Below are positions 9,837-19,115 of a stretch of DNA of 64,000 bases, one piece after another. The translations under genes were made by a program, and so were the position numbers. This stretch comes from Bacteroidales bacterium. Its GTDB lineage: Bacteria > Bacteroidota > Bacteroidia > Bacteroidales > WCHB1-69. The stretch spans positions 48,123 through 112,122 of the forward strand of contig JAIKWD010000033.1 in assembly GCA_024685175.1 (NCBI GenBank). The letters are read 5' to 3'. The notes below the pieces were generated by a model. The model was not told the DNA's origin. It searched no databases and saw only the letters and a program-made list of their open reading frames with translations. The stretch's first letter is position 1. Each line of letters starts with the position of its first letter.

Positions 9837-10778
9837 ATGACAGACAAAAAACCTGTAGTAGCCGTACTCATTCCTTGTTACAACGAGGAGTACGCCATAG
9901 CCCAAGTGGTGATGGATTTCAAGGCCGTATTGCCTGAGGCTGACATATACGTGTACGACAACAACTCCACCGATCGTACCGCCGAACTTGCTTCGGCGGC
10001 CGGTGCCATCGTGCGTAAGGAACGCCAACAGGGCAAAGGCAACGTAGTGCGTCGAATGTTCCGCGAAATCCAAGCCGACTGCTATCTTATGGTAGACGGC
10101 GACGGAACCTACAACCCTGCCGATGCTCCCGCCTTGGTCAAAGCCGTATTGGAAGAGGATGTGGATATGGCCATCGGCGACCGCCTCTCCACGACCTATT
10201 TCCAAGAGAACAAACGCCCTTTCCACAATATGGGCAACAAGATAGTGCGCGGACTCATCAACTGGCTGTGGCATTCCAACGTACAAGACATCATGACCGG
10301 TTACCGTGGCTTCAGCAAACGATTCGTCAAACTGTTCCCCGTAATGAGCCCCAATTTCGAGATTGAGACGGAGATGACCATCCACGCCCTCGACAAACGA
10401 TTCGCCATCAAGGAGATACCATCGCACTATGCCGACCGGCAAGTGGGCGAGTCAAAGCTAAACACCTACAAAGACGGGTGGAAAATCATTAACACCATCT
10501 TTTCCCTTTTCAAGGAGTACCGCCCGATGATCTTCTTCGGAACGCTGGCCTTGGTTCTGATTGTCATCGCCATTCTGTTGATGATTCCTGTCTTCGTGGA
10601 ATACGTGAAAACCGGCCTTGTACCCCGCTTCCCCACCCTGTTCACCGCAGGATTCATCGCCATTGCGGGTCTGATGACCTTCTTCCTCGGGCTCTGTCTG
10701 GATGTCATCATCAAGAAAGACCGTAAAAACTATGAACTGAGAGTTATCCAATTTGAGCAAGATGAAAAAAACAATTAA
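9837..10778 (+). CDS. GT2 polyprenol-phosphate glycosyltransferase-like (GtrB/DPM type) with two C-terminal TM helices
   Basis: VLIPCYNEE, YDNNSTD, MVDGDGTY, DIMTGYRGF, hydrophobic C-terminus. Confidence 0.88.
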   Translation: MTDKKPVVAVLIPCYNEEYAIAQVVMDFKAVLPEADIYVYDNNSTDRTAELASAAGAIVRKERQQGKGNVVRRMFREIQADCYLMVDGDGTYNPADAPALVKAVLEEDVDMAIGDRLSTTYFQENKRPFHNMGNKIVRGLINWLWHSNVQDIMTGYRGFSKRFVKLFPVMSPNFEIETEMTIHALDKRFAIKEIPSHYADRQVGESKLNTYKDGWKIINTIFSLFKEYRPMIFFGTLALVLIVIAILLMIPVFVEYVKTGLVPRFPTLFTAGFIAIAGLMTFFLGLCLDVIIKKDRKNYELRVIQFEQDEKNN

Positions 10779-11985
10779 GTTCGTCTGGGTATTTTTCCTG
10801 CTGATTGCTATCTTCTTCACCTTTGCCGTGTTGTCGAGCTGGCTCCCAGATACTGGCATCAAGAAACATATTGACAAAGCAGCAATCTCCATGCAGAAAG
10901 CGGGTGATTATCCCAATGCCATTATCGATGATACGCCCTGTCGTCAAGACAATTACACCGACGCCTTGATTCTCAATCTGATATATGGTATAGACCGAAG
11001 CACACCTATTCGTTCCGCGATGAGCAACAACATGCAAGGGTCTTCTGTTACTGACTTGAGCGAAACAGGAACTTTGCTTTTGATTACTCAAAAAGATTTG
11101 AGCCTCTACACTTTTTCATACGCTCGCTATTGGCATGGCACTACTTTCCTTGGCAGATTTCTGCTCACCTTCCTAAGCTATTCTAATCTACAATGGCTTT
11201 TGTTCGCCACCAGTGTCCTCCTGTTTGTTATATTTATATGTCTTTACTATCCACGTGCAGGATTATGGAAAACCATCGCCTTAATGCTCAGCTGGGTACT
11301 TGTCAATGGGTTCGTCACACAGTTTTCCCTACAGTTCTTCCCTGTATGGGCCATCACGTTGATCGCCTCTATTTTGATCATACGTTTTAACGACAAATCG
11401 CAAGATTTAGGCATACTTATGTTCATTATCGGGGCTGTCACATGCTATTTCGACCTGCTTACCACACCTCTACTCTCGCTCGGCTGGCCTCTAGTGGTAT
11501 GGCTTTCCTTGCAAGATCCACGCGATGTGACTCTAAAACAAACATTATGGCAGTTGATACGCTGGAGCCTATTATGGGGATTGGGATTTGCCCTTTCCTT
11601 CGTTACTAAATGGATCCTTGGCACTTTGATAATAGGCACAAATGTAATAAAGGATGCGCTTAAAGAAGCTACTACAGTAGTGGCCTCCCAAGACCTCACA
11701 CATTGGGATGCCATTGCCGCCAATCTCAATATGTTATCGTGGAATATGGTACTCATCGCCCTGATTATCGTAGCCCTTTTCACCATCTGGCGCTTCCGTT
11801 ACAGAGGCGGCATGCAAGCCGTGTTGTTCCTCTGCATCGCGCTGATCCCCTTCGTCTGGTACTTTATCGTTTTCAGCCATAGCTACCTGCATTTCTGGTT
11901 CACATACCGTCTGCTGGCTGTGAGCATCGCGGCCATCCTGATGGCAATGTTGAGTTTCACCAAAGAACGAAAACTGATATCATAG
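10762..11985 (+). CDS. multi-pass membrane protein, possible GT-C-type glycosyltransferase
   Basis: about 10 hydrophobic segments, N-terminal loop with DNYTD and YARYWHG, late HSYLHFWFTYR; overlaps the GT2 stop. Confidence 0.7.
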   Translation: MKKTIKFVWVFFLLIAIFFTFAVLSSWLPDTGIKKHIDKAAISMQKAGDYPNAIIDDTPCRQDNYTDALILNLIYGIDRSTPIRSAMSNNMQGSSVTDLSETGTLLLITQKDLSLYTFSYARYWHGTTFLGRFLLTFLSYSNLQWLLFATSVLLFVIFICLYYPRAGLWKTIALMLSWVLVNGFVTQFSLQFFPVWAITLIASILIIRFNDKSQDLGILMFIIGAVTCYFDLLTTPLLSLGWPLVVWLSLQDPRDVTLKQTLWQLIRWSLLWGLGFALSFVTKWILGTLIIGTNVIKDALKEATTVVASQDLTHWDAIAANLNMLSWNMVLIALIIVALFTIWRFRYRGGMQAVLFLCIALIPFVWYFIVFSHSYLHFWFTYRLLAVSIAAILMAMLSFTKERKLIS

Positions 11986-12042
11986 TATTCCTCACTACAC
12001 AAAACATTATTTTTACAAACCACTAATTAAAAATCACATATT

Positions 12043-12627
12043 ATGAGAAAGTCCATTATCGCCCTTGTTATTTTCTCTATTTTTGCCTTAACGGGCTGTA
12101 AGGACCCTGATCCTTGTCAGGAACAAGAAACCTATGGTTGGCATTTGCCTAAGGTATTGAACGAATACTTGCCCTACGAAGTCGGCCAACAGATAACGTT
12201 CGTCAACGAGACTGGCGAGACGATGTCGTTCCAGGCGGAAGTAGTCAATTTGCTTCAATACGACACGGCCTATTACACCAGCACGTTCAATCCTTGTTAT
12301 CCCACAGGCATATTTCCCACTTATGGCGTAGGACTCATCCTCGTGCCGGAATCCGTCAACCCCAATGGCCTCAAGAAAGGGTTGTTTTTGAGTTTTGGCG
12401 GCATGGCCGGCGGAGATTTCGGGCAAAATGTAGGCATCTCCTTCAACATAGTATCGGACCTTACGAACCATCAAGAATCAGGCACCACCTACTACAACGG
12501 CAACATCCAACACTTCGGCGACACCGTTGAGATCCAAAACGAAAAAATCAACGCCACTATTGTGAAAGGTCACGGACTCATCCGCTTCCAAGACTCTAAC
12601 GTGGAAGGGGTTTGGACACGGCAATAA
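12043..12627 (+). CDS. hypothetical lipoprotein
   Basis: MRKSIIALVIFSIFALTG-C lipobox; AT-rich leader. Confidence 0.75.
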   Translation: MRKSIIALVIFSIFALTGCKDPDPCQEQETYGWHLPKVLNEYLPYEVGQQITFVNETGETMSFQAEVVNLLQYDTAYYTSTFNPCYPTGIFPTYGVGLILVPESVNPNGLKKGLFLSFGGMAGGDFGQNVGISFNIVSDLTNHQESGTTYYNGNIQHFGDTVEIQNEKINATIVKGHGLIRFQDSNVEGVWTRQ

Positions 12628-12630
12628 CAC

Positions 12631-13671
12631 TTATTTGTTCGCCTTCTCCTCATCGTTGTTGTACCACTCCAGATAGGCCTCGGTGTGGCACTTGCCTGAC
12701 TCCACAAGTTCGGTTTTCTTCGCATCGGAAAGCCCGAAATCGATGGATTTGACTCCCAGCGTATCGATATAGACGGTCCGCTGCCAGTCGTCACTGTGCA
12801 GATGCGCATTGTTTTGGAAGTCGATGAGCGTGCTGACCAACGCTTTTGTGTAGGTAAAAAGACTCTTGATTTCTTTGGGCTTGACATCCACATTGGGGTT
12901 GAGGTACATATCGATCTCTTCCTTGCCGTCGAGGCGGAAGCCAAGCGTCTCCTTGTTGTACACGTACACATTTTGGGTAATACTCCGTTTGCTCACCATC
13001 TTCTCATTGATCTTGTCGTAATAGTCGGTGCGCCGCGCGTTGTTGGCCTCTGCCACATAATTGAGGCGATCGAAGACCTTGACGTAATAGTTGTCCAACA
13101 AGCCCCCGTCCACATAGATATGGTCATCGCCGTTCACTCCCTTTATAGCGCCGAAGAACAGCGGGATAGACATCGATATGCGGGCGGCGTCGGCCACTTT
13201 TACAGTTGGTGTGGTCCGGGCATTGAAGACCTTGGAAAGGCCCGTAGACAAGTCGCTACCAATCAGTGAAATATCGCGGAAGGGCTTGCCCGATTCACGC
13301 ATCTTCTCGATTTCCTGGAACGTGGCTTCGCCATTGCCGGTCTTCTCTTTGATGTAGCCCGCCATCAGACTGCGGAAATAGTCGCCTTTATACCAACCGT
13401 ACTCCTTGAGTAGACGCTTGGTGTCGCGCACTACGCCCCAGGAGTCGTCCATAAAGTTCTTGAAGTTGATCTTCCAGAGAACTTCTTTCAACTCCTCGGC
13501 GGAAAAGCCGAGGCCGACCAAGACGGCGATCATCGCGCCGGCCGAAGTGCCCGCCACACGCTCTATGTCCTTTAGAATACCTTCCCGGTTGAGCACCTCC
13601 AAGGCACCCACATAGGCGATGCCTTTGACACCGCCACCTTCAAATACAAGATTCTTAAAATGATAAGCCAT
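12631..13671 (-). CDS. patatin-like phospholipase
   Basis: GGGVKG oxyanion loop, GTSAG nucleophile, SMSIP, DGG catalytic Asp. Confidence 0.92.
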   Translation of the reverse strand: MAYHFKNLVFEGGGVKGIAYVGALEVLNREGILKDIERVAGTSAGAMIAVLVGLGFSAEELKEVLWKINFKNFMDDSWGVVRDTKRLLKEYGWYKGDYFRSLMAGYIKEKTGNGEATFQEIEKMRESGKPFRDISLIGSDLSTGLSKVFNARTTPTVKVADAARISMSIPLFFGAIKGVNGDDHIYVDGGLLDNYYVKVFDRLNYVAEANNARRTDYYDKINEKMVSKRSITQNVYVYNKETLGFRLDGKEEIDMYLNPNVDVKPKEIKSLFTYTKALVSTLIDFQNNAHLHSDDWQRTVYIDTLGVKSIDFGLSDAKKTELVESGKCHTEAYLEWYNNDEEKANK

Positions 13672-13710
13672 ATTTATTATTAATTTGTGTTTTCAAAAAA
13701 AAGCAATCTG

Positions 13711-15195
13711 CTAACGGCTAACAGCCAACTGCTTCCGACTCACCGCCATCAAGCTGGCGAACACAAGCAATCCATTGACAATCAGCAACTCATAGCCAAA
13801 CCTATAGCCCCATAGCCATTCCACGGAATGGGAGGAGAGCACATAGCATAGCGATGGAATCAAAACGGCGATCACGGGGATAAGCCAACGACGGCCCTGC
13901 GGGATCTCGCGTTTGGTGAACATTCCAAAGATGAACATACCCAACAGCGGGCCATACGTATAAGAGGCAACCATAAAGATGATGCGAATCAAAGCGTCGT
14001 TGTGGTGCGCCGAAGCAATGATGATGACCACCAAGAAAAGCATAGAGATGAGCACGTGTACGATACGGCGCACGCGCATCTGCTTCCTGGCGTCGGGGTA
14101 ACGATTCTCAATACGCAAGATGTCGTAGCACACCGTGGTGGTCAAGGCCGTGAAGGTGCCGTCGGCAGATGAGAAACCCGCGGAGATGAGGCCGAACACG
14201 AAAACTAACGCGCCCGCTTTGCCTAAGTAGTTGAAGGCAATCTCGGGATAGATGCGGTCGGTGGGCATATTGGCAAGGTCAATGCCGTTCTTCTGCGCGA
14301 AGGCGAGCAACATACCCCCCAACGTCAGGAAAAGAATGTTGACGATGACCAAAATTACGGTAAAGGAGAACATATTGCGTTGGGAGTCGCGCAACGACTT
14401 GCAGGACAGGTTCTTCTGCATCATATCCTGATCGAGGCCCGTCATTGCAATCGTGATGAACATCCCTCCTATAATCTGTTTAAGGAAATAGCTGTTGTTA
14501 TGCCAGTCGGTGTTGAAGACCGTACGGCAGTCTGTGCCGCCTTTGCCGGCCGTGGCCATCTGCTGCCACAACTCGGAGAACGAGCCGCCCATACTCTTCA
14601 TAATCACCACGATAGTGATGACAAGGGCCAGCAGCAGGAAGGTGGTCTGCAGCATATCGGTCCACACCACCGTCTTGATGCCGCCCTTGAAGGTATAGAG
14701 CAGGATGATGATGATCATCACGATGGAGGTGAGCCATATCGGGATGTTCCAGCCATCGAAGACAAAGACTTGCAACACGAAGATCACCAGGTACATACGA
14801 AGCGCCGAGCCAAGCAGGCGCGACACGAAGAAGAGCACGGAGCCCGTTTTGTGCGCTTCCTTGCCGATGCGCTGGCCGAGGTACTCATAGACCGAGGTCA
14901 CGTTGAGTTTGTAATAGAGCGGCAAAAGCAGACATCCGATGACAATATAGCCCAGGATGTAGCCCAACACCACCCCGAAATAGGTGAATTGGGTGGTATA
15001 GACATCGCCGGGCACCGACATAAAGGTCACGCCTGACAGCGAACTGCCGATCATACCGTAAGCCACGACGAACCACGGCGACTTGCGATTGCCTGTGAAA
15101 TAGGTCTTGTTGTCCGCCTTGCGGGAGGTGATGCCCGTGATGACAAACAACAAGACTACGTAGAATACGAAAAACGAGAAAATGAAAACCTGCAT
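13711..15195 (-). CDS. sodium:solute symporter family protein
   Basis: YFTGNRKSPW, SLSGVTFMSVPG, GGIKTVVWTD, GLDQDMMQK; about 13 TM segments. Confidence 0.92.
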   Translation of the reverse strand: MQVFIFSFFVFYVVLLFVITGITSRKADNKTYFTGNRKSPWFVVAYGMIGSSLSGVTFMSVPGDVYTTQFTYFGVVLGYILGYIVIGCLLLPLYYKLNVTSVYEYLGQRIGKEAHKTGSVLFFVSRLLGSALRMYLVIFVLQVFVFDGWNIPIWLTSIVMIIIILLYTFKGGIKTVVWTDMLQTTFLLLALVITIVVIMKSMGGSFSELWQQMATAGKGGTDCRTVFNTDWHNNSYFLKQIIGGMFITIAMTGLDQDMMQKNLSCKSLRDSQRNMFSFTVILVIVNILFLTLGGMLLAFAQKNGIDLANMPTDRIYPEIAFNYLGKAGALVFVFGLISAGFSSADGTFTALTTTVCYDILRIENRYPDARKQMRVRRIVHVLISMLFLVVIIIASAHHNDALIRIIFMVASYTYGPLLGMFIFGMFTKREIPQGRRWLIPVIAVLIPSLCYVLSSHSVEWLWGYRFGYELLIVNGLLVFASLMAVSRKQLAVSR

Positions 15196-15197
15196 TC

Positions 15198-15270
15198 AAT
15201 TAGGAATTAGGAATTAGGAATGAGAAAATAGGAATGAAATGAAATGAACTATCTATAATCTATAATCTAT
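15198..15270. repeat. bipartite heptamer tract: (AATTAGG)x3 plus variants, and (ATCTATA)x3
   Basis: aattaggaattaggaattaggaatgagaaaataggaatgaaatgaaatg...atctataatctataatctat. Confidence 0.85.
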
Positions 15271-16571
15271 TTCTCATAACCAGGTTTTCCTAACAACTTG
15301 AACATATTGCGTTTATAGGCCTCGACGCCGGGTTGGTCGAACGGGTTGACCTTGAGCATATAGCCGCTGACGGCGCAGGTCATCTCGAAAAAGTAGATCA
15401 ACTCGCCGAGGTAGTACTCGTTAATTTCGGGGATGGTGACCTTTACATTGGGTACGCCGCCGTCTACGTGAGCCATACAGGTACCCTTTTGGGCGATATG
15501 GTTGATTTCGTCGATGGAGCGGTGTTGCAGATAGTTGAGGCCGTCGGTGTTCTTCTCGTCGGCAGGGATAGGCACGTTTTTGTGGGCGTGCTCCACGGTG
15601 AGCACTGTCTCGAAGAGTTGGCGTGTGCCTTCTTGAATATACTGGCCGAGCGAATGCAGGTCGGTGGAGAAGATGGCTCCGGCGGGGAATATGCCCTTTT
15701 GTTCCTTGCCTTCGCTCTCGCCGAAGAGTTGCTTGAACCATTCCACGAGGTAGAAGAACTTGGGCTCGAAGGAAGTCATCAGCTCAACTTTAAGTCCTTT
15801 GTTGTAAAGCATATAGCGAAGCAAGGCATATTGCATTGCGACGTTGTTTGCGAATTTGTCGTTCCGCATCAGTTGTTCGCGCATCTCCTTAGCGCCCTTG
15901 AGCAGGTCGCGGATGGAGAAGCCGGCCACGGCGATGGGCAGTAGGCCCACGGGGGTGAGCACGGAGTAACGACCGCCCACGTCATCGGGGATCACGAAGG
16001 TGGGATAGCCCTCCTGCGTGGCGAGGGTCTTGAGGGCGCCGCGCTGGCGGTCGGTGACGGCCACAATGCGCTTGCGTGCGGCTTCGACACCATATTTCTT
16101 CTCACAGTGCTGTTTGAGGATGCGGAAGGCGAGCGCCGGCTCCGTGGTCGTGCCCGACTTGGAGATGACGATGACCGAATAGTCCTTGGCATCCAAGACA
16201 TCAAGCAGATCGTGAAGGTAGTCTTCGCTCATACTGTTGCCGGCATAAAGCACCGTGGGGGCCTTTTCATTCACCATCGGGCGGAAGCAGTGTTGCAGGG
16301 CCTCGATGACGGCGCGGGCGCCAAGGTAGGAGCCACCAATGCCGACAACCACGACCACTTGCGACTGTCCGGCCAACTGAGCCGCGCAGTTCTCTATGTC
16401 CACAATCTCTTGCTCGGCGACCTCGGCAGGCAGGTCCACCCAGCCGAGAAAGTCGTTGCCACGACCGCTTTTCTTTATGGTTTCTTGATAGGCGGCCTCG
16501 GCCAATTGGGCGTGGGCATCCAATTCAGATTGGGGAATGGCAAACAGAGCATCTTCGTAAGAAAGTTTCAT
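15267..16571 (-). CDS. pgi: glucose-6-phosphate isomerase
   Basis: GIGGSYLG, SKSGTTTEP, VGGRYSVLT, QLFGESEGK, PFDQPGVEAYK. Confidence 0.97.
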   Translation of the reverse strand: MKLSYEDALFAIPQSELDAHAQLAEAAYQETIKKSGRGNDFLGWVDLPAEVAEQEIVDIENCAAQLAGQSQVVVVVGIGGSYLGARAVIEALQHCFRPMVNEKAPTVLYAGNSMSEDYLHDLLDVLDAKDYSVIVISKSGTTTEPALAFRILKQHCEKKYGVEAARKRIVAVTDRQRGALKTLATQEGYPTFVIPDDVGGRYSVLTPVGLLPIAVAGFSIRDLLKGAKEMREQLMRNDKFANNVAMQYALLRYMLYNKGLKVELMTSFEPKFFYLVEWFKQLFGESEGKEQKGIFPAGAIFSTDLHSLGQYIQEGTRQLFETVLTVEHAHKNVPIPADEKNTDGLNYLQHRSIDEINHIAQKGTCMAHVDGGVPNVKVTIPEINEYYLGELIYFFEMTCAVSGYMLKVNPFDQPGVEAYKRNMFKLLGKPGYEK

Positions 16572-16639
16572 AATGATAGAGTTTTAATCGTTAATATTTT
16601 AATAATCAATTTTTTATCTAAAATTCACGAACAAGGCTA

Positions 16640-16696
16640 CAAAGATAATCATTTCTATAAGACTGGGTATAGATAATGGAAAAAATAATATTTTTG
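16640..16696. promoter_or_regulatory. divergent -7 boxes (16640-16647 minus for pgi; 16689-16696 plus for the TonB receptor)
   Basis: CAAAGATA and TATTTTTG. Confidence 0.65.
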
Positions 16697-16704
16697 CCGC
16701 CCTT

Positions 16705-19104
16705 ATGAAGAATCCTATCCTCAGAGCGATTATAAGTTGTGGGCTACTGCTGTTGGCCGTCGTCACGGTCAATGCGCAGCGGGTCACGCTGTCGGGCACC
16801 GTCAAGGCGGCCGAGAGTGGAGAGACCTTGATGGGCGCCTACGTCATCCTGACCGACACGGGCAACGTGCAGAACAAGCAGGGCTGCATCACCAACCAGG
16901 CGGGTTTCTACTCCATCTCTGTGCCGGCAGGCGTGTATCGTGTGGCCGTCAACTATATGTCGTACAAGAGCATAGACGAAGTGATGGCTATGCACAAGAG
17001 TGCCACCCACAACTTCGACTTGGAGCCGGAGGCCATCGCCGGCGAGGAGGTCGTGGTGACAGGCGAGCGTAGCGACCGCAACATCGCTTCGGCGGAGGTA
17101 GGCCGTATGGAGATGAAGATCGAGGCCATCAAGTCGATGCCTGCCCTAATGGGCGAGGCCGACGTGGTGAAGTCGGTGCAACTGTTGCCGGGCGTGCAAG
17201 CCGGTGGCGAGGGCAACAGCGGCTACTACGTGCGCGGAGGCGGCACCGACCAGAATCTCATCCTGCTCGACGAAGCCACCGTCTACAACGCCGGCCATCT
17301 GTTTGGATTCTTCTCCATCTTCAACGCCGACGCCGTCAAGAACATCGAGATGATCAAGTCGGGAATGCCCGCCTACTACGGTGGACGGTCGGCCTCCATT
17401 CTCAATGTCTACCAAAAGGACGGCAACCTGAAACGTTACGAGGTGGACGGCGGCGTGGGACTCATATTCTCGCATCTTACCGTACAAGGACCGATCAAGA
17501 AAGACCGGGCATCCTTCATCATATCGGGGCGCCGCACCTACGCGGACGTGCTCATCCAGCCCTTCCTCAAGCCCAAATCACCTTTGAAGGGGATGAAATT
17601 CTACTTCTACGATTTGAACGCCAAGTTCAACGTCATCATCAACGACAAGCACCGCCTCTATTTTGGCGCCTACTACGGGACGGATGCCTACGGGTTCAAG
17701 TCGAACTCCCAGAAGACCGTGATGCAGTTCCTGTGGGGCAATGCCGCCGCCTCGGCGCGTTGGAACTACATCATCAACGACCGGATGTTCCTAAACACCT
17801 CCGCCACTTTTAGCTATTACGACTTCGGCACGCAGATGACAATGGACGTGTTCGAGTTCAAGCTCAACTCGGGGGTTCGCGACTACGCCTTGAAGAGCGA
17901 GCTCACGTGGCTGCCCACGCCCAAGCACAACATCCGTTTCGGTGTGCACGACATCTTGCACCACTGTCTGCCCGGGCAATACGTCGTGCAGGCGGGCGAA
18001 GGATTCAACTTCGCCTTGCCGGATGTGCAGCACTATTTCGCCAACGAATTGAGCATCTACGCCAACGACGAGTGGGACATCTCTCCACGCTGGCGGCTCA
18101 ATTATGGTCTGCGTTACACGCACTTCTGCCATATCGGGGCCTTCACACGATACATCTTGGATGACCGGGACAACATACTCGACTCCGTCGTCTACAAACC
18201 CGGCGAGTTAGTCAGCCAATACAACCGTGTGGAGCCGCGGTTGTCGGTGCGTTTCCTCATCGACTCGGCCACCTCCATCAAGGCGTCGGCCACGATGAAC
18301 CATCAGTTCCTGCACCAGATTCCGTTGTCAAGCATCTCCTTGCCCACAGATGTGTGGATGCCGAGCACCGACATCATCAAGCCGCAGATGGTGTTGCAGG
18401 CCACCTTGGGAGTGTTCCGCAACTTCTACGACAATATGTTCGAGACCTACATCGACCTCTATTACAAGAAGATGTACAACCTTGCCGAGTACCGTGACGG
18501 GTTGGATTTCGGATTTATGACCATCAATCCCGACCAATTGTACACCTTCGGGCAGGGGTGGTCCGCCGGCGCAGAGTTCTTCGTACGCAAGACCCGCGGT
18601 CGCGTCACAGGTTTCATCGGCTACACGCTGGGCTACACACGGCGGCAGTTCGACGCCCTGAACAACGGCGAGCCCTTCTGGGCCAAGTACGACCGTCGGC
18701 ACGACCTGGCCATCAGCGTTACCTACGAGATCCTGCGCAATAAGTTGAGCGCCTCCGCCGTGTGGATCTACCAAACGGGCAACACGATGACCATACCCAC
18801 AGGCTACTATTTCTACATGGGCTCCTACATTACTGAATACAGCAGCCGCAACGGCTATCGTATGCCCCCCTATCACCGCCTCGACCTGGCCGTGAACTGG
18901 ACCATCAAGAAGTCCAGACGCTTCGAGACAGGCCTCAACTTCTCGGTTTACAACGTCTATAACCGCAAAAACCCGTTCTTCATCTTCATGGAGACCAACG
19001 CGGATATGGGCAGCGAGATCACTGACTTTTCCATCCAGACACACGCCTATCAGATGAGTCTATTCCCCATCATTCCTTCCATCTTGTGGTGGTTCAAATT
19101 CTAA
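16705..19104 (+). CDS. TonB-dependent outer membrane receptor
   Basis: N-terminal carboxypeptidase-like domain, plug motifs LLPGVQ..VRGGGTDQNLILLD, YHRLDL, NVYNRKNP, terminal Phe. Confidence 0.92.
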   Translation: MKNPILRAIISCGLLLLAVVTVNAQRVTLSGTVKAAESGETLMGAYVILTDTGNVQNKQGCITNQAGFYSISVPAGVYRVAVNYMSYKSIDEVMAMHKSATHNFDLEPEAIAGEEVVVTGERSDRNIASAEVGRMEMKIEAIKSMPALMGEADVVKSVQLLPGVQAGGEGNSGYYVRGGGTDQNLILLDEATVYNAGHLFGFFSIFNADAVKNIEMIKSGMPAYYGGRSASILNVYQKDGNLKRYEVDGGVGLIFSHLTVQGPIKKDRASFIISGRRTYADVLIQPFLKPKSPLKGMKFYFYDLNAKFNVIINDKHRLYFGAYYGTDAYGFKSNSQKTVMQFLWGNAAASARWNYIINDRMFLNTSATFSYYDFGTQMTMDVFEFKLNSGVRDYALKSELTWLPTPKHNIRFGVHDILHHCLPGQYVVQAGEGFNFALPDVQHYFANELSIYANDEWDISPRWRLNYGLRYTHFCHIGAFTRYILDDRDNILDSVVYKPGELVSQYNRVEPRLSVRFLIDSATSIKASATMNHQFLHQIPLSSISLPTDVWMPSTDIIKPQMVLQATLGVFRNFYDNMFETYIDLYYKKMYNLAEYRDGLDFGFMTINPDQLYTFGQGWSAGAEFFVRKTRGRVTGFIGYTLGYTRRQFDALNNGEPFWAKYDRRHDLAISVTYEILRNKLSASAVWIYQTGNTMTIPTGYYFYMGSYITEYSSRNGYRMPPYHRLDLAVNWTIKKSRRFETGLNFSVYNVYNRKNPFFIFMETNADMGSEITDFSIQTHAYQMSLFPIIPSILWWFKF

Positions 19105-19115
19105 AGAAGACATCT

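Noticed and set aside
12631-13671. CBASS or other multi-gene anti-phage system around the patatin
   Set aside because: No CD-NTase, STAND NTPase or other defence gene is adjacent.
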